64,000 bases of DNA from Candidatus Delongbacteria bacterium. Its GTDB lineage: Bacteria > CAIWAD01. The position numbers and the translations under genes are program-made. The notes beneath the pieces are model-generated. The model ran no database searches. It was not told the origin of the DNA and saw only the letters and a list, made by a program, of their open reading frames with translations. Where the stretch lies: the NCBI GenBank assembly GCA_963663545.1, contig OY760505.1, positions 2,400,001 to 2,464,000 on the forward strand, given 5' to 3'. Position 1 is the stretch's first letter. Every line of letters starts with the position of its first letter. Below, in pieces: positions 49,774 to 59,502 of this stretch.

Positions 49774-50380
49774 TACACAAGGGGACAAAGGAACTGCCCT
49801 CGGGTCTGCGCCTTGTGTTTGGTGGTGCCTTTGACCCGGTGCATACGGGCCATCTGGCTCTGGCTGAATTTGCTTTGTATCACAGCAAAGCTCACTCTTT
49901 GACTTTTCTACAGCAGGACACAGCCCGTTCAAGACCAGCCATCGTGCGAGTTTTGTGCAGCGCTGTGAGATGCTCAGGTTGGCGATAGAGCGAGAGCCTG
50001 CCTTTCGACTGGATGAGCGCGAAGGACGACGCACTGGAGCAAGCTACACCGTCGACACGCTTGAGGAAATGATTCTGGAGGATTCAGCACCTATCGCCCT
50101 ACTCGTAGGTGGCGACAATCTGGCGGACTTCCGACGCTGGCACCGTTGGCAACGTGTGTTGGCGCTGGCCCGATTGCTGGTGATCAATCGTCCGGGCACT
50201 GTGCTGCCAGCGGATGCCGTGGAACACACGGCGCTTGAATGGCCTGGCATGGAGCTTTCATCCACGTGGCTTCGGCAGCAGTTGGCCCAAGGGACGCATT
50301 GCCGCTATTTGCTGCCGTCCGGTGTCTGGGAATACATTCACGAACATGGCTTGTATCACGGTGATACACCCGGAGAGTGA
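49770..50380 (+). pseudogene. nadD: Nicotinate-nucleotide adenylyltransferase split by a 1-nt frameshift near 49911
   Basis: Frame A: FGGAFDPVHTGH; -1 frame continues AGHSPFK...RCEMLRLA, SYTVDTL, LVGGDN, LSSTWLR. May be a sequencing error. Confidence 0.85.
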
Positions 50381-50383
50381 GAA

Positions 50384-52708
50384 ATGAAAATCCTGCCTCG
50401 GATACTCTGCCTGTTGCTGGCGATCAGCTTTGCCTGGGCTTTGCCGGAAGGACGACCCGCAACAAGGAGCGCGCTGCTATCGCAGAGCGTGACACCGCTT
50501 CGTACCGTGCAGGATTCCATGCTGACCTTGCTGCGGCACGACGGCACTCCGGCATGGAATTGGCCCGACCTGCCCGGTGCAGAGGTCCGCTATCGCAAGC
50601 GTGTTACGGTTCCTTCCGACTGCCGCTTGCTGGCTTACGAGCTGGCCGCTTTTGGTGGCGAATCCAATGACGATACACCTCAGAGATCAACAAGACTTCG
50701 CTTGCTAAGACTTGACGAAACGGTGATCCACGAAGCAGACAGTCTGGTGCTACATGCCACGGGGGACTTTGAGCGCGTCGAGCTGGAGGAGCCATTGCTG
50801 CTTGGTGCAGGTGAGTATTTGATCGAACTGCGCCGTCCCACCGGTCAGGTGGCGCCCTGGCTGGCAGCCGATGACGATTGCGAATTCGAGGGTACTTCCT
50901 CGATAGCTGTAACGGGTGTGACCAACGGATTCCAGACCGTGGAACACGATTTGAATCTGCGCTTGTTGATACGCTACCTGGTGGACGACCAAGTGCCCCA
51001 GACGCAGCTGCCGGTATTTGACACGGTTTCCTGGGCGGCCGGCCTGTCGGTTATGTTGCGCGCCTGCGACGAGAGCGGCATTGATACGGCCTGGGTTGAG
51101 CTTGAGCTTCCGGATCAGCGCACAGCGGGACTTGCTGCCTTGCCTGTGGATGACGATGTGGAGAGCTGTGACTGGCGAACATTCAGCGGCATTTTAAGTT
51201 TGTCGAATCTGGTCCCTTCCCCGGATAGCCTGCTGATCGGTTCTTTTTTCGTTCGTGATACATTGAATCACACGGCCGAGCTTCCCTTTGAACTAACCTT
51301 GAGTGATATCGCCTGTTTCGACTATGCTGGAGGCTTCCCGGACGAGTATCGCTATCCCATGTACCCGCCTGTTGGTGGAGATGCTTTTGCCGTTCTGCTG
51401 AATTTGGAGAACGTCGCAGAAGACCTAGGGAGCCTGAGTGCTACGCTGCGCGGTCTTCGCATGTTGAGCAAAGGAATCGGTAGCACTACCGTGTATCTCT
51501 TCGCCGATGACAACGGCGTGCCTGCGCGAACTAGTGTCGGTGATACGTTGCTAACGGCGGCCATTGCCTCCGTGGTGCCCTGTCCGGGATGGAATCAGCT
51601 TGATTTTGATATTGCAGCCGGTGATACACTGCAGGAGTTGGACAAGATCTGGCTGATGCTTGTGCCGGAGGCCATCTCCGAAGGACAAGCGCTCTTCTTC
51701 GAATCCATCGCCGATACTTCGCAGGAAAGTGACTGCTACGTGTATCACCCGCTGGAGGGCACTTTTTCGCAACTGGAGGGAGTTCAGCCCTGCCTGCGCG
51801 TAGTGCTGGGAGCAGAAGCCTGCGAATATGAGGATTCGTTACGAGTGGGGGTTGGCGACAGCGATTTTACCTTTCGTTGCTGGCAGCGAAACCCGTTGCG
51901 CAATGATAGAGAAGGGTGGTTTTCAAGCGCTGAGTTTGCTCCCGACACGGTCTATTTCGCACCCTCTAATGAGCTGGCTGATCCGAATCATATCCAGTCG
52001 GGGAGCTTTGCTGTTATCAACTCTGATATGAATCCGGGGTTTAGCCAACACGATACCCTTTTTACTCCATGGATTACGCTTGGCGAACCGATGAGCCTCG
52101 ATTTTCTTTCCTGCTATGGAGAAGTACTCAACTCGGCAAATGGTGCTGGAGAGTATGAGGATGCATCGGTTCTTCTTTGCTTCAAGGATACCGAGCAGGA
52201 CATGGAGCTTGTTCTGGCTAGTGAGGACATCTTTCAGCTGGACTCAATTGCAATCTCAGATCAGCTGGTTCATCCGCGGTGGATTGAGCGGTCCTGGTCC
52301 GGGAGCCTGCATGGGTCTGGTGAAATCAGAATTGGCTTTGCCTACTCCGGCGCATGGGCTTATGGTTGGGCCATCGATGAAGTACGTATCACGGGAGCCT
52401 TGCCTGAACAGTTTCCTGCTGTCTTCGATGGTCCTCAGGTGGCCGAAGTGGAGTTGGGACGCCTGTACCCCAACCCCTTCAATCCTGTAGCACAAATTCC
52501 CTACCGCGTGCGCGAAGGGGGCCCGGTGCGTATTAGCGTGCACAATCTGTTGGGACAGCAGATCGCCCTGCTCCTGGATGACAAGCGGCACAGTAGCGGC
52601 AACTACATTGTGAGCTGGGAACCACAGGGAGTGGCCAGTGGCCTGTATCTTGTGCATCTGCAGTCGGCGGGGCACCAGGAAGTCAAACGCATTCTATTCT
52701 TGAAGTGA
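50384..52708 (+). CDS. Secreted protein with T9SS-type CTD
   Basis: Signal peptide; GWAIDEV; LYPNPFNP...VHNLLGQQI...VASGLYL...KRILFLK. Confidence 0.8.
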   Translation: MKILPRILCLLLAISFAWALPEGRPATRSALLSQSVTPLRTVQDSMLTLLRHDGTPAWNWPDLPGAEVRYRKRVTVPSDCRLLAYELAAFGGESNDDTPQRSTRLRLLRLDETVIHEADSLVLHATGDFERVELEEPLLLGAGEYLIELRRPTGQVAPWLAADDDCEFEGTSSIAVTGVTNGFQTVEHDLNLRLLIRYLVDDQVPQTQLPVFDTVSWAAGLSVMLRACDESGIDTAWVELELPDQRTAGLAALPVDDDVESCDWRTFSGILSLSNLVPSPDSLLIGSFFVRDTLNHTAELPFELTLSDIACFDYAGGFPDEYRYPMYPPVGGDAFAVLLNLENVAEDLGSLSATLRGLRMLSKGIGSTTVYLFADDNGVPARTSVGDTLLTAAIASVVPCPGWNQLDFDIAAGDTLQELDKIWLMLVPEAISEGQALFFESIADTSQESDCYVYHPLEGTFSQLEGVQPCLRVVLGAEACEYEDSLRVGVGDSDFTFRCWQRNPLRNDREGWFSSAEFAPDTVYFAPSNELADPNHIQSGSFAVINSDMNPGFSQHDTLFTPWITLGEPMSLDFLSCYGEVLNSANGAGEYEDASVLLCFKDTEQDMELVLASEDIFQLDSIAISDQLVHPRWIERSWSGSLHGSGEIRIGFAYSGAWAYGWAIDEVRITGALPEQFPAVFDGPQVAEVELGRLYPNPFNPVAQIPYRVREGGPVRISVHNLLGQQIALLLDDKRHSSGNYIVSWEPQGVASGLYLVHLQSAGHQEVKRILFLK

Positions 52709-52715
52709 CACAAGC

Positions 52716-53189
52716 ATGATCGTGATACACACCGATGGCGCCTGCAGCGGCAACCCCGGGCCGGGCGGCTATGGAGTCATTCTAGTCTCTGGGGACTCGC
52801 GACTTGAAATCTCGGGCGCTGAGCGTGATACAACCAACAACCGCATGGAGATGATGGCTGCCATTCGTGGTTTACAGAGTCTGAAGGGGCCGCAGTCCTG
52901 CCAGCTCTGGACGGATAGCAGTTACCTGCGCGACGGTATCACGAAGTGGATCCACAATTGGATGCGCAATGGCTGGCGCACTGCTTCCAAGCAGCCGGTG
53001 AAGAACGAAGACCTTTGGCGCGAACTCTGGGACCTGACAGGCGAGCACGAGATCGAATGGAAATGGATCAAAGGGCACGCGGGTCACAAGGAGAATGAGC
53101 GCGCCGATCGCCTCGCTGTGGCTGGCTGCACACGGGCCAAGGCTGGAGATGAAGGCGAGCTGAGCGGCAGGCCGACGCTGCAGATCTGA
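52716..53189 (+). CDS. rnhA: Ribonuclease HI
   Basis: TDGACSGNPGPGG, TTNNRME, TDSSY, VKNEDLW, WIKGHAG, NERADRLA. Confidence 0.97.
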   Translation: MIVIHTDGACSGNPGPGGYGVILVSGDSRLEISGAERDTTNNRMEMMAAIRGLQSLKGPQSCQLWTDSSYLRDGITKWIHNWMRNGWRTASKQPVKNEDLWRELWDLTGEHEIEWKWIKGHAGHKENERADRLAVAGCTRAKAGDEGELSGRPTLQI

Positions 53190-53190
53190 T

Positions 53191-53802
53191 TCAGCGTTGA
53201 CAGCATCTCTGGATCGCCAAGATGGCTCGATCCAGACTTGGTGATACAAGACGAGCGGCTGAGACATTCCACTGAGATGCTATAAAATCCTTGAGTACAA
53301 TGTTGTAGCCCCGCCCCGTTTTGTAGCCGGAGTTCTTTTCCGGCAGAACGGCTTCCTTGATCTGACGGGACTTAGATTTTCTGACAATGGCCAGCAGCAC
53401 TTCCTTTGGATCCTGAATCTCCTCTGGCTTGGCTGGGATGTGTTTGACGAGGACACGAAGTGCTTCTGCAAGTCCTCGACGGTCAGCCAGTAACCACGCC
53501 TCTGCTTCGCGTTTCGCCAGACGATAAATGAAGTATGGTGAATCGCAGTTGGCCTTTAGCTGCGCGAAGTACTTCGTAGCACATGCGACTCGATCCAAGT
53601 CAGCAAGGAAGAACACGCTGTAACCGCAATTGGCGGCTCTGCAAGCCCGAGGAATCTCAGCATTCAGTCCGTGAACACCTCGCTTCTGCTGAGCAATTGT
53701 GATCGAGAGTTTCGGTGCGAATTCGCTGACCAATCTGCTCAGAAGGCAGATTCCCAGCTCATCTTCTGCGTAGAGGATTGCTTCGTGTTTGAGCTTATCC
53801 AT
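53191..53802 (-). CDS. DUF4276-like (TOPRIM-like) protein
   Basis: YAED, LADLD...C, REAEAWLLAD, PEEIQDPKE, SPSLDR; start overlaps ATPase stop. Confidence 0.7.
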   Translation of the reverse strand: MDKLKHEAILYAEDELGICLLSRLVSEFAPKLSITIAQQKRGVHGLNAEIPRACRAANCGYSVFFLADLDRVACATKYFAQLKANCDSPYFIYRLAKREAEAWLLADRRGLAEALRVLVKHIPAKPEEIQDPKEVLLAIVRKSKSRQIKEAVLPEKNSGYKTGRGYNIVLKDFIASQWNVSAARLVSPSLDRAILAIQRCCQR

Positions 53803-54961
53803 TTGCGAAAAGCGGCAGATCACTGCAGTTATCCGGTCTGGCCTGGGGTAACATAATCTCGGCTACAGTGTATTCCATGTTGTACTTCTCACGATCACGG
53901 GGCGTTGCTAGTCGCAATTCCGTTCCATTGTTCCCTGGCTGCAAGCGTATCACATCATCAGGAGTAATGAGCTTATTGTCTAGAATAGCCGAACTGTGCG
54001 TGCTAATCAGGATTTGTCCAAGGCGCGCCTTACTGCCTTTCTGCAGATTGTAGATCATCTCCGGTATGTACCGAACAATCTCTTCATTCAATGAAAGCTC
54101 GGGTTCTTCCAGCAGTAATAGACCGTTTCCATCTAGAAGACACCATAGAATGGCAATGAGGCGAAGCGTGCCATCGCTGAAGTGGCGCTCAGTTTGCTTG
54201 CTGGCATTAGGACGCCAGTTCACTAGCTGTGCCTCGAGGTGTGGCGTTCCAGAGATTTTGTCACGCATGAAACTGAGATTCTGCATTTGTGGCGCGGCTA
54301 CCCGAAGTGCAGTACTGATTCGCCGCAACCGAAACTCCCTAGTGTTTTTTGGAGCAGCTGCGACCTGGGCGAGAAATCCCTGGCCATAAGGGTCGTTTTC
54401 GAGGATTTTACCGGAGATCTCATCAGCGTGAGTTAACAGCTGTGGTACAAGGTGCAAATAGCGAACTCCTGCGAAGTACTCGCTGATCGAGCGGAAATCG
54501 CGATTTGCGTTTGCTTGTTCCAAGTGGGTCTGGGTCAGCGTTTCTGGGTCGCCGCTCTCAGATTCTGCCGTCCTTGACAGAATCTCTTTTCCACGGATTG
54601 TCACTTCCTCACGTGATACAAGTGGGCGCTGCTTTTCCTTCGTTCCTTTCCCTTCGGACTTGATTTGGAGCACGTATGTGGAATCCAATTGATCGGGCTC
54701 ACTGAACGTAAAGGAAAGCTCTATTTCCGGATTTCGACGAGCCCACATACAACGCAAGTGCCCCATTCCATCGCGGAGCTTTGTCGCCTGCTGCAAACCG
54801 CCGCCGTCTGCTTTGCAGATATCTCGCATGAAACGAAACACATCCATCAGATTGGATTTGCCTGAGGCGTTCGGCCCTACCAGAAATGTGCGATCGCTCA
54901 GTGGGAATTCTGCCTGACGGAAGTTTCGCCAGTTCTTGAGAGTGACAGACTTCAGTTTCAT
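53795..54961 (-). CDS. ABC-type (AAA_21-like) ATPase
   Basis: LKNWRNF, GPNASGKSN, SDGTLR signature, LLEEPE, ISTHS. Confidence 0.88.
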   Translation of the reverse strand: MKLKSVTLKNWRNFRQAEFPLSDRTFLVGPNASGKSNLMDVFRFMRDICKADGGGLQQATKLRDGMGHLRCMWARRNPEIELSFTFSEPDQLDSTYVLQIKSEGKGTKEKQRPLVSREEVTIRGKEILSRTAESESGDPETLTQTHLEQANANRDFRSISEYFAGVRYLHLVPQLLTHADEISGKILENDPYGQGFLAQVAAAPKNTREFRLRRISTALRVAAPQMQNLSFMRDKISGTPHLEAQLVNWRPNASKQTERHFSDGTLRLIAILWCLLDGNGLLLLEEPELSLNEEIVRYIPEMIYNLQKGSKARLGQILISTHSSAILDNKLITPDDVIRLQPGNNGTELRLATPRDREKYNMEYTVAEIMLPQARPDNCSDLPLFANG

Positions 54962-55001
54962 CAGAACACCTCAACAAGCTGTATCACGAGGGAGAGTGCT
55001 T

Positions 55002-55589
55002 CTAGATCATATCCCGCATCACCTCAGGACGCGGATTCGCAATCACCACCTTGTTCACCAGCATACCCTGTTTGCCGGCCTTGGCCGCGCCTGCGTCTAC
55101 TGCAGTGCGCACGGCGGAGACATCGCCCGTGAGGGTCACAAAAGCCTTGCCGCCAATGGCCATCGCGAGACGGATTTCCAACAGTCGCACGCTGGCAGCC
55201 TTGGCTGCCGTGTCAGCGGCTTCCAACAGCGAAGAAACAGAAAAGGTTTCGATCACACCCAGTGCCTCACCGGGTTCCATCATCTGCATCCCCTCGATGG
55301 CTGGCAGCACATCCTCGTGCAGGTTCGGAATCATCCAGCGATCCACCATGTCGCGTTCGCACAGCGCTTCTGCAGCGTCCAGCGAGCTGGCAACGGCGGC
55401 TGTATCACCGGCAATCACACTCATGTACTTGCCTGGGCATATGGTGCGTGATACAAGCAGACGAATCTCGGCGGTCTTCAACATCAGATCTGCGGCTTCA
55501 ATACCGCGTGCAATGGAAGTGTATTCGATAACACCGACGGCCTGGCTGGGCCGCTCGGAGCTGAACTGACTGGTTTGATTGCGCATCAT
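55002..55589 (-). CDS. Tandem-domain microcompartment shell protein (BMC-T, PduT-like)
   Basis: Two BMC domains (GVIE...ADLMLKTA; GVIETFS...ADTAAKAA); TICPGKY Cys; IGGKAFV.LTGDVSAV. Confidence 0.9.
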   Translation of the reverse strand: MMRNQTSQFSSERPSQAVGVIEYTSIARGIEAADLMLKTAEIRLLVSRTICPGKYMSVIAGDTAAVASSLDAAEALCERDMVDRWMIPNLHEDVLPAIEGMQMMEPGEALGVIETFSVSSLLEAADTAAKAASVRLLEIRLAMAIGGKAFVTLTGDVSAVRTAVDAGAAKAGKQGMLVNKVVIANPRPEVMRDMI

Positions 55590-56908
55590 GAGAGCTCAAT
55601 CTCCATGGGCTTGATGGCACTGACTTTGCCTGCTCGGGGAGCATGAATGCGGGCGCCCAGCTTACCTTCCGGCGGCTGCGCCAGCAGCTGACCGGCCTGC
55701 ACGTTTTCGCCTTCGGCAACAAGGGCTTCTGCAGGAGCACCGATATGCTGGTTCAGACGAATCCGCAGTGTATCACGGCCTCCCGTGAAGGGCGTATAGG
55801 GCGCGTCGAATTCGAAGCTCTTCAGGCCGATGCGTGCCAGCAGCTTTTTCGTGGGCACGCGGCGGTAGGCTTCCATCGGATGCGGTGATACATCCTTGGG
55901 GCCGTTGAACCCTTCACCAATGCTGGCCAACGTACGCTTGCTGTCTTGGCAGGCTTCGCGCGGAAATAGTCCTTCGGGGCAGGCGTAGAGCGAGCAGATG
56001 CCGCACTCGCAGCAGATCTGTCCCCAGCGACTGTGAGCGGGGAAACCGCTGGTGAACTGGTGACGCATCACCTGATGCGGTTCCAGCGGGTGGCCAAGCA
56101 GGTAACGCGGGCACATCTGGGTGCACAGCGAACACTGGTCGCACACGCTTTTACCAATACGGTAGTAGTTCTCGCGGCTCATCAGCGCGCGCTGCACGTA
56201 AGGGTGACTGCGCGGTAGCACAATCACGCCAGAGCTGGTTTTCACCACCGGCGTGTTGGCATCCTCGACAATCTTGCCCATCATCGGGCCGCCGTCCAGA
56301 ATTACCCAGTCGCGGATTTTCGCGCCCCCGGCGTGATCCACCAACTCAGCAAAGCTCACACCCAGGGGCACACGCAAGGTTTGCGGCGAACGCACACTGC
56401 CACTTACCGTGACGAAGGCCGTGGTCACCGGGCGCCCCTGCAAGGCGTCGTGCACCGTCAACGCGGTTTCGTTGTTCATGACCACCAAGCCAACGTGCAG
56501 TGGCAATCCGCCAGGAGGCACCACGCGCCCGGTCAGCTCGTAGGCAAGAGTCACCTCGTCGCCCGCCGGGTAGAAATCCTCCAGCACGTGAATGGAATAA
56601 CCGCCACTTCCCGCCGGGCCGTAACTGGTTCTTTCCATGGCCGCGATCGAGGCCTTGTTCTTGCCCTTGATGCCCACGATCACGCGCTCGGCGCCGACAA
56701 TGGCTGCTGCTGCCATGATGCCCTGGGCAACTTCCTCAGCGTGGTGTTGCATCACCACATTGTCTTTGCGCAGCAACGGTTCGCACTCTGCTGCATTAAT
56801 CAGCAGGGTGTCCACATTCGCGGAAAGCTTGACGTGAGTGGGGAATCCAGCCCCGCCCTTGCCGACACAACCCGCCGCCGCAATCTGTTCCAGTCGGGGA
56901 TCTTTCAT
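55586..56908 (-). CDS. PduS-like (RnfC-related) Fe-S flavoprotein
   Basis: GKGGAGFPTHVK, NAAECEPLL, YPAGDE, GGPMMG, CDQCSLC...CP, CCECGIC...CP, QHIGAPA, IHAP. Confidence 0.88.
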   Translation of the reverse strand: MKDPRLEQIAAAGCVGKGGAGFPTHVKLSANVDTLLINAAECEPLLRKDNVVMQHHAEEVAQGIMAAAAIVGAERVIVGIKGKNKASIAAMERTSYGPAGSGGYSIHVLEDFYPAGDEVTLAYELTGRVVPPGGLPLHVGLVVMNNETALTVHDALQGRPVTTAFVTVSGSVRSPQTLRVPLGVSFAELVDHAGGAKIRDWVILDGGPMMGKIVEDANTPVVKTSSGVIVLPRSHPYVQRALMSRENYYRIGKSVCDQCSLCTQMCPRYLLGHPLEPHQVMRHQFTSGFPAHSRWGQICCECGICSLYACPEGLFPREACQDSKRTLASIGEGFNGPKDVSPHPMEAYRRVPTKKLLARIGLKSFEFDAPYTPFTGGRDTLRIRLNQHIGAPAEALVAEGENVQAGQLLAQPPEGKLGARIHAPRAGKVSAIKPMEIELS

Positions 56909-57079
56909 CGCGCTTCGCGATCCTTCCTTACTTGATACCGCAAAGGTAGGAAACGCATCGCACCTGAGTATTTGCTTGGTGGTTCAGTAGAGGCCTGCCA
57001 TATTGAAATCTGATTTGATAGCCGGAGGTGTGTTCCGGCCCGAAGACCCATGGGAACTGAGTCCAGGTGCACAGGAATC

Positions 57080-58747
57080 ATGACTGAAACATCCTCCCCG
57101 GGGCGCTCCTGGGGACTCATCCGCAAGATATCGCGTGATACAGCGGCAGCCTTCGTTATCGACTTTCACGATCTCGACCGGGATGTCTACCTGCGTTTGC
57201 GCTCGCCGTGGCAGGCGAATCCGGGCGATCTGATCGGGTATTTGCTCGAAGAGCGTCATGGCGAGCAAGGTGACCGATACACAGGCAGCGATATCCTGTT
57301 CAATCAGAATCCAAGCATGGAAGAGATGCTCCGGCTAGGGCGTTTTACCGGACTCTCACAAGCTGGGCTGAAGCATCTGGTGAAGCTGCTGCACGAGGAT
57401 CCATCGCGAATCAATCAGATCTTCTGCCCGCATGGGCCGGAGCTGGTGCAAGAGCAGATTCTGGCCGCAGGCTGGTTCCCACTACCTGACGCCTTGCTGA
57501 AGGATGCGGGCGGATACCAGAAATTTGCTGGCGCATTAACAGCGCGTTTGGTGCGTAGTGAGCAGTACACGCGTGAGCAGCTTGAAGAGCTACTGGACGG
57601 GCGCCTGGGCTGGAAACGTGAACTCACCGTGCTCAAACGCGTTGCCGAAAGCCAACCTGAGCTATTGCATCAGCCCTTCCAACTGGCGGAGCGTGGACTG
57701 GGGCGGCGTGTCTGGGGCTGGTATCGCGAGGTAGGACTACCCGAGCTGTTGCTCAATCTTCCCGTGTTACATATCCCGCGCGAGCTCGTTCTTGGCTTCC
57801 TGCGTAGTGGAGCGCTATCCGGTGAGCGTGCGGACGCCTATGCCGCGAAGTTAAGCGACGAGGACCACAACCGCATGCTGCATATCGTCTGGCAAAGCAC
57901 TGAGGACGACCGCGAGAATCTGCTGGACTACTGGCGTGATACAAAGTACTGGGAAGAGCTGCAGCAGGCGTTGCTGCAAAACCCGCAACACGCTGAGCAA
58001 ACCGCCGAGGGGATTCTCGATAGTTGTGATACAACAGAGAGCCTGCTGGCCTTGTTGAGAAACCCCCATCTGGCAGCCCAGGCTGCCGAGCGCTTGGCCT
58101 TGCAGGAGTTGGATAGCGCCCAGTTGTTGCGCGTCTGGCTAAGCGGTAACCGTTCTGCCGAAGCACTCGCGCTTTTGATAAGCCAGCTTCGTGATGCAAA
58201 CGCCGCGGAGTTGCGCTCCCTTGCCGCTCAGTGCGACGTGACCGATGTCCCCGCCTTGGCCAAGGTGCTGTTGGACGGCGGCGTTACCGCCGCAAGACTT
58301 TTGCTGGATTCCTCGCAGCTCAGTTGCGAAGACCTGCTGGCGCTGCTGGGTGACGCCGAGGCAGAACAGCTGGTGAAGGATCGTGTATCACGGGATCCCA
58401 GTCTGCTAGGGGAGCTCTTCAGGGTCAGTGCACAGAGCGAGCGTCCGGTAGCGGGATTGAGCGCAGCTTGGAAATGGTTAGCCGCCAACGCAGAGATTCA
58501 AGCAATGCTAGAAGAGTCCATTGCCGATGAAGTGCTTCGTCGTGCAGCTCTTGGATGTCTGTGTCACGCTGTCGAGTTCAACCGTGGGCAGGTGCAGCGC
58601 CTCTTGCCGCTTCCCATGGAGCAGGATCTGCGCTGCGCGCTGGCACAGGCAATTACGGCCCGTAGCCCGGAACGCTGGCAGGAACGCTATTTCGTCAGTC
58701 CGGAACTGGCCGCCGCCTGGCGCGAGGCTGGCGCTCAGCTGCTGTAG
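57080..58747 (+). CDS. Hypothetical helical-repeat protein
   Basis: Long Leu/Ala-rich ORF; no recognised motif. Confidence 0.6.
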   Translation: MTETSSPGRSWGLIRKISRDTAAAFVIDFHDLDRDVYLRLRSPWQANPGDLIGYLLEERHGEQGDRYTGSDILFNQNPSMEEMLRLGRFTGLSQAGLKHLVKLLHEDPSRINQIFCPHGPELVQEQILAAGWFPLPDALLKDAGGYQKFAGALTARLVRSEQYTREQLEELLDGRLGWKRELTVLKRVAESQPELLHQPFQLAERGLGRRVWGWYREVGLPELLLNLPVLHIPRELVLGFLRSGALSGERADAYAAKLSDEDHNRMLHIVWQSTEDDRENLLDYWRDTKYWEELQQALLQNPQHAEQTAEGILDSCDTTESLLALLRNPHLAAQAAERLALQELDSAQLLRVWLSGNRSAEALALLISQLRDANAAELRSLAAQCDVTDVPALAKVLLDGGVTAARLLLDSSQLSCEDLLALLGDAEAEQLVKDRVSRDPSLLGELFRVSAQSERPVAGLSAAWKWLAANAEIQAMLEESIADEVLRRAALGCLCHAVEFNRGQVQRLLPLPMEQDLRCALAQAITARSPERWQERYFVSPELAAAWREAGAQLL

Positions 58748-58767
58748 CACTCACTCAACTCGAAATA

Positions 58768-58797
58768 GAAAGGGACCCCGCTCGGGTCCCTTTTTGC
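58768..58797. terminator. Bidirectional terminator
   Basis: AAAGGGACCC-CGCTC-GGGTCCCTTTTT between convergent genes. Confidence 0.85.
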
Positions 58798-58823
58798 TTT
58801 TGTATCACAAACACTCTGATGCG

Positions 58824-59387
58824 CTATTTCGCAGCGGGATCTTCCAGGCGCTTCTTACAGGGCTCAAAGCTCATGAAATCGGCGTGATGCACAATGTAGG
58901 CTTCAGTGCTGCGTGTGACCAGATTGCCTTCGCCCGCGTGTGTGGCGACAATGTGACTCACCGCATCGGGAAGTCCGGCCTCCATGCACAGAAACACACC
59001 CGTGAAGGGATGGCGCAGATATTTGCCACGCATGCTTTGTACGGCCTTGCCTTCGGCATCAGGTTCGTATTCCAGTAGTTTGCCCACATCGGCCAGAATG
59101 GCACCGGAGACAACAATATCCAGATTGATCGGCAGGCTGCCGCCCATGAAATTCTGCATCGCCAGTGCACTATCGCGGGCAATGTGGACCACGCAGCGCT
59201 TGTGCTCCATGAAGGTTACTTCGGTTGGGACCAGCAGAGTAAAGGGAATGCGCCGCAGATCGTCAGCAGTCAGCGGGCTGCGCTCCAGGGCAAGTTCCCA
59301 GGCGTGTGCAGTGCGGACCCGCAGTTCCTTATCCTGGATCCAGTCCAGTTCCGGCCAAAGCTCCAGTACGGTGGCATTGATCGACAT
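58824..59387 (-). CDS. HD-superfamily hydrolase-like protein
   Basis: EHKR, GAILADVGK (AD in place of HD), LRHPF.G, HIVATH, HHADF. Confidence 0.8.
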   Translation of the reverse strand: MSINATVLELWPELDWIQDKELRVRTAHAWELALERSPLTADDLRRIPFTLLVPTEVTFMEHKRCVVHIARDSALAMQNFMGGSLPINLDIVVSGAILADVGKLLEYEPDAEGKAVQSMRGKYLRHPFTGVFLCMEAGLPDAVSHIVATHAGEGNLVTRSTEAYIVHHADFMSFEPCKKRLEDPAAK

Positions 59388-59502
59388 CTCTCTGCTCCTT
59401 GCTCAGGGGCGGACCTTGCCGCACATCGGGTTGTTATCTTGCCGGAGGCGTTTCTGATATCGCGCGACCGGTATCAGCTGCAAGGTAATACCGGAGGTAC
59501 GC

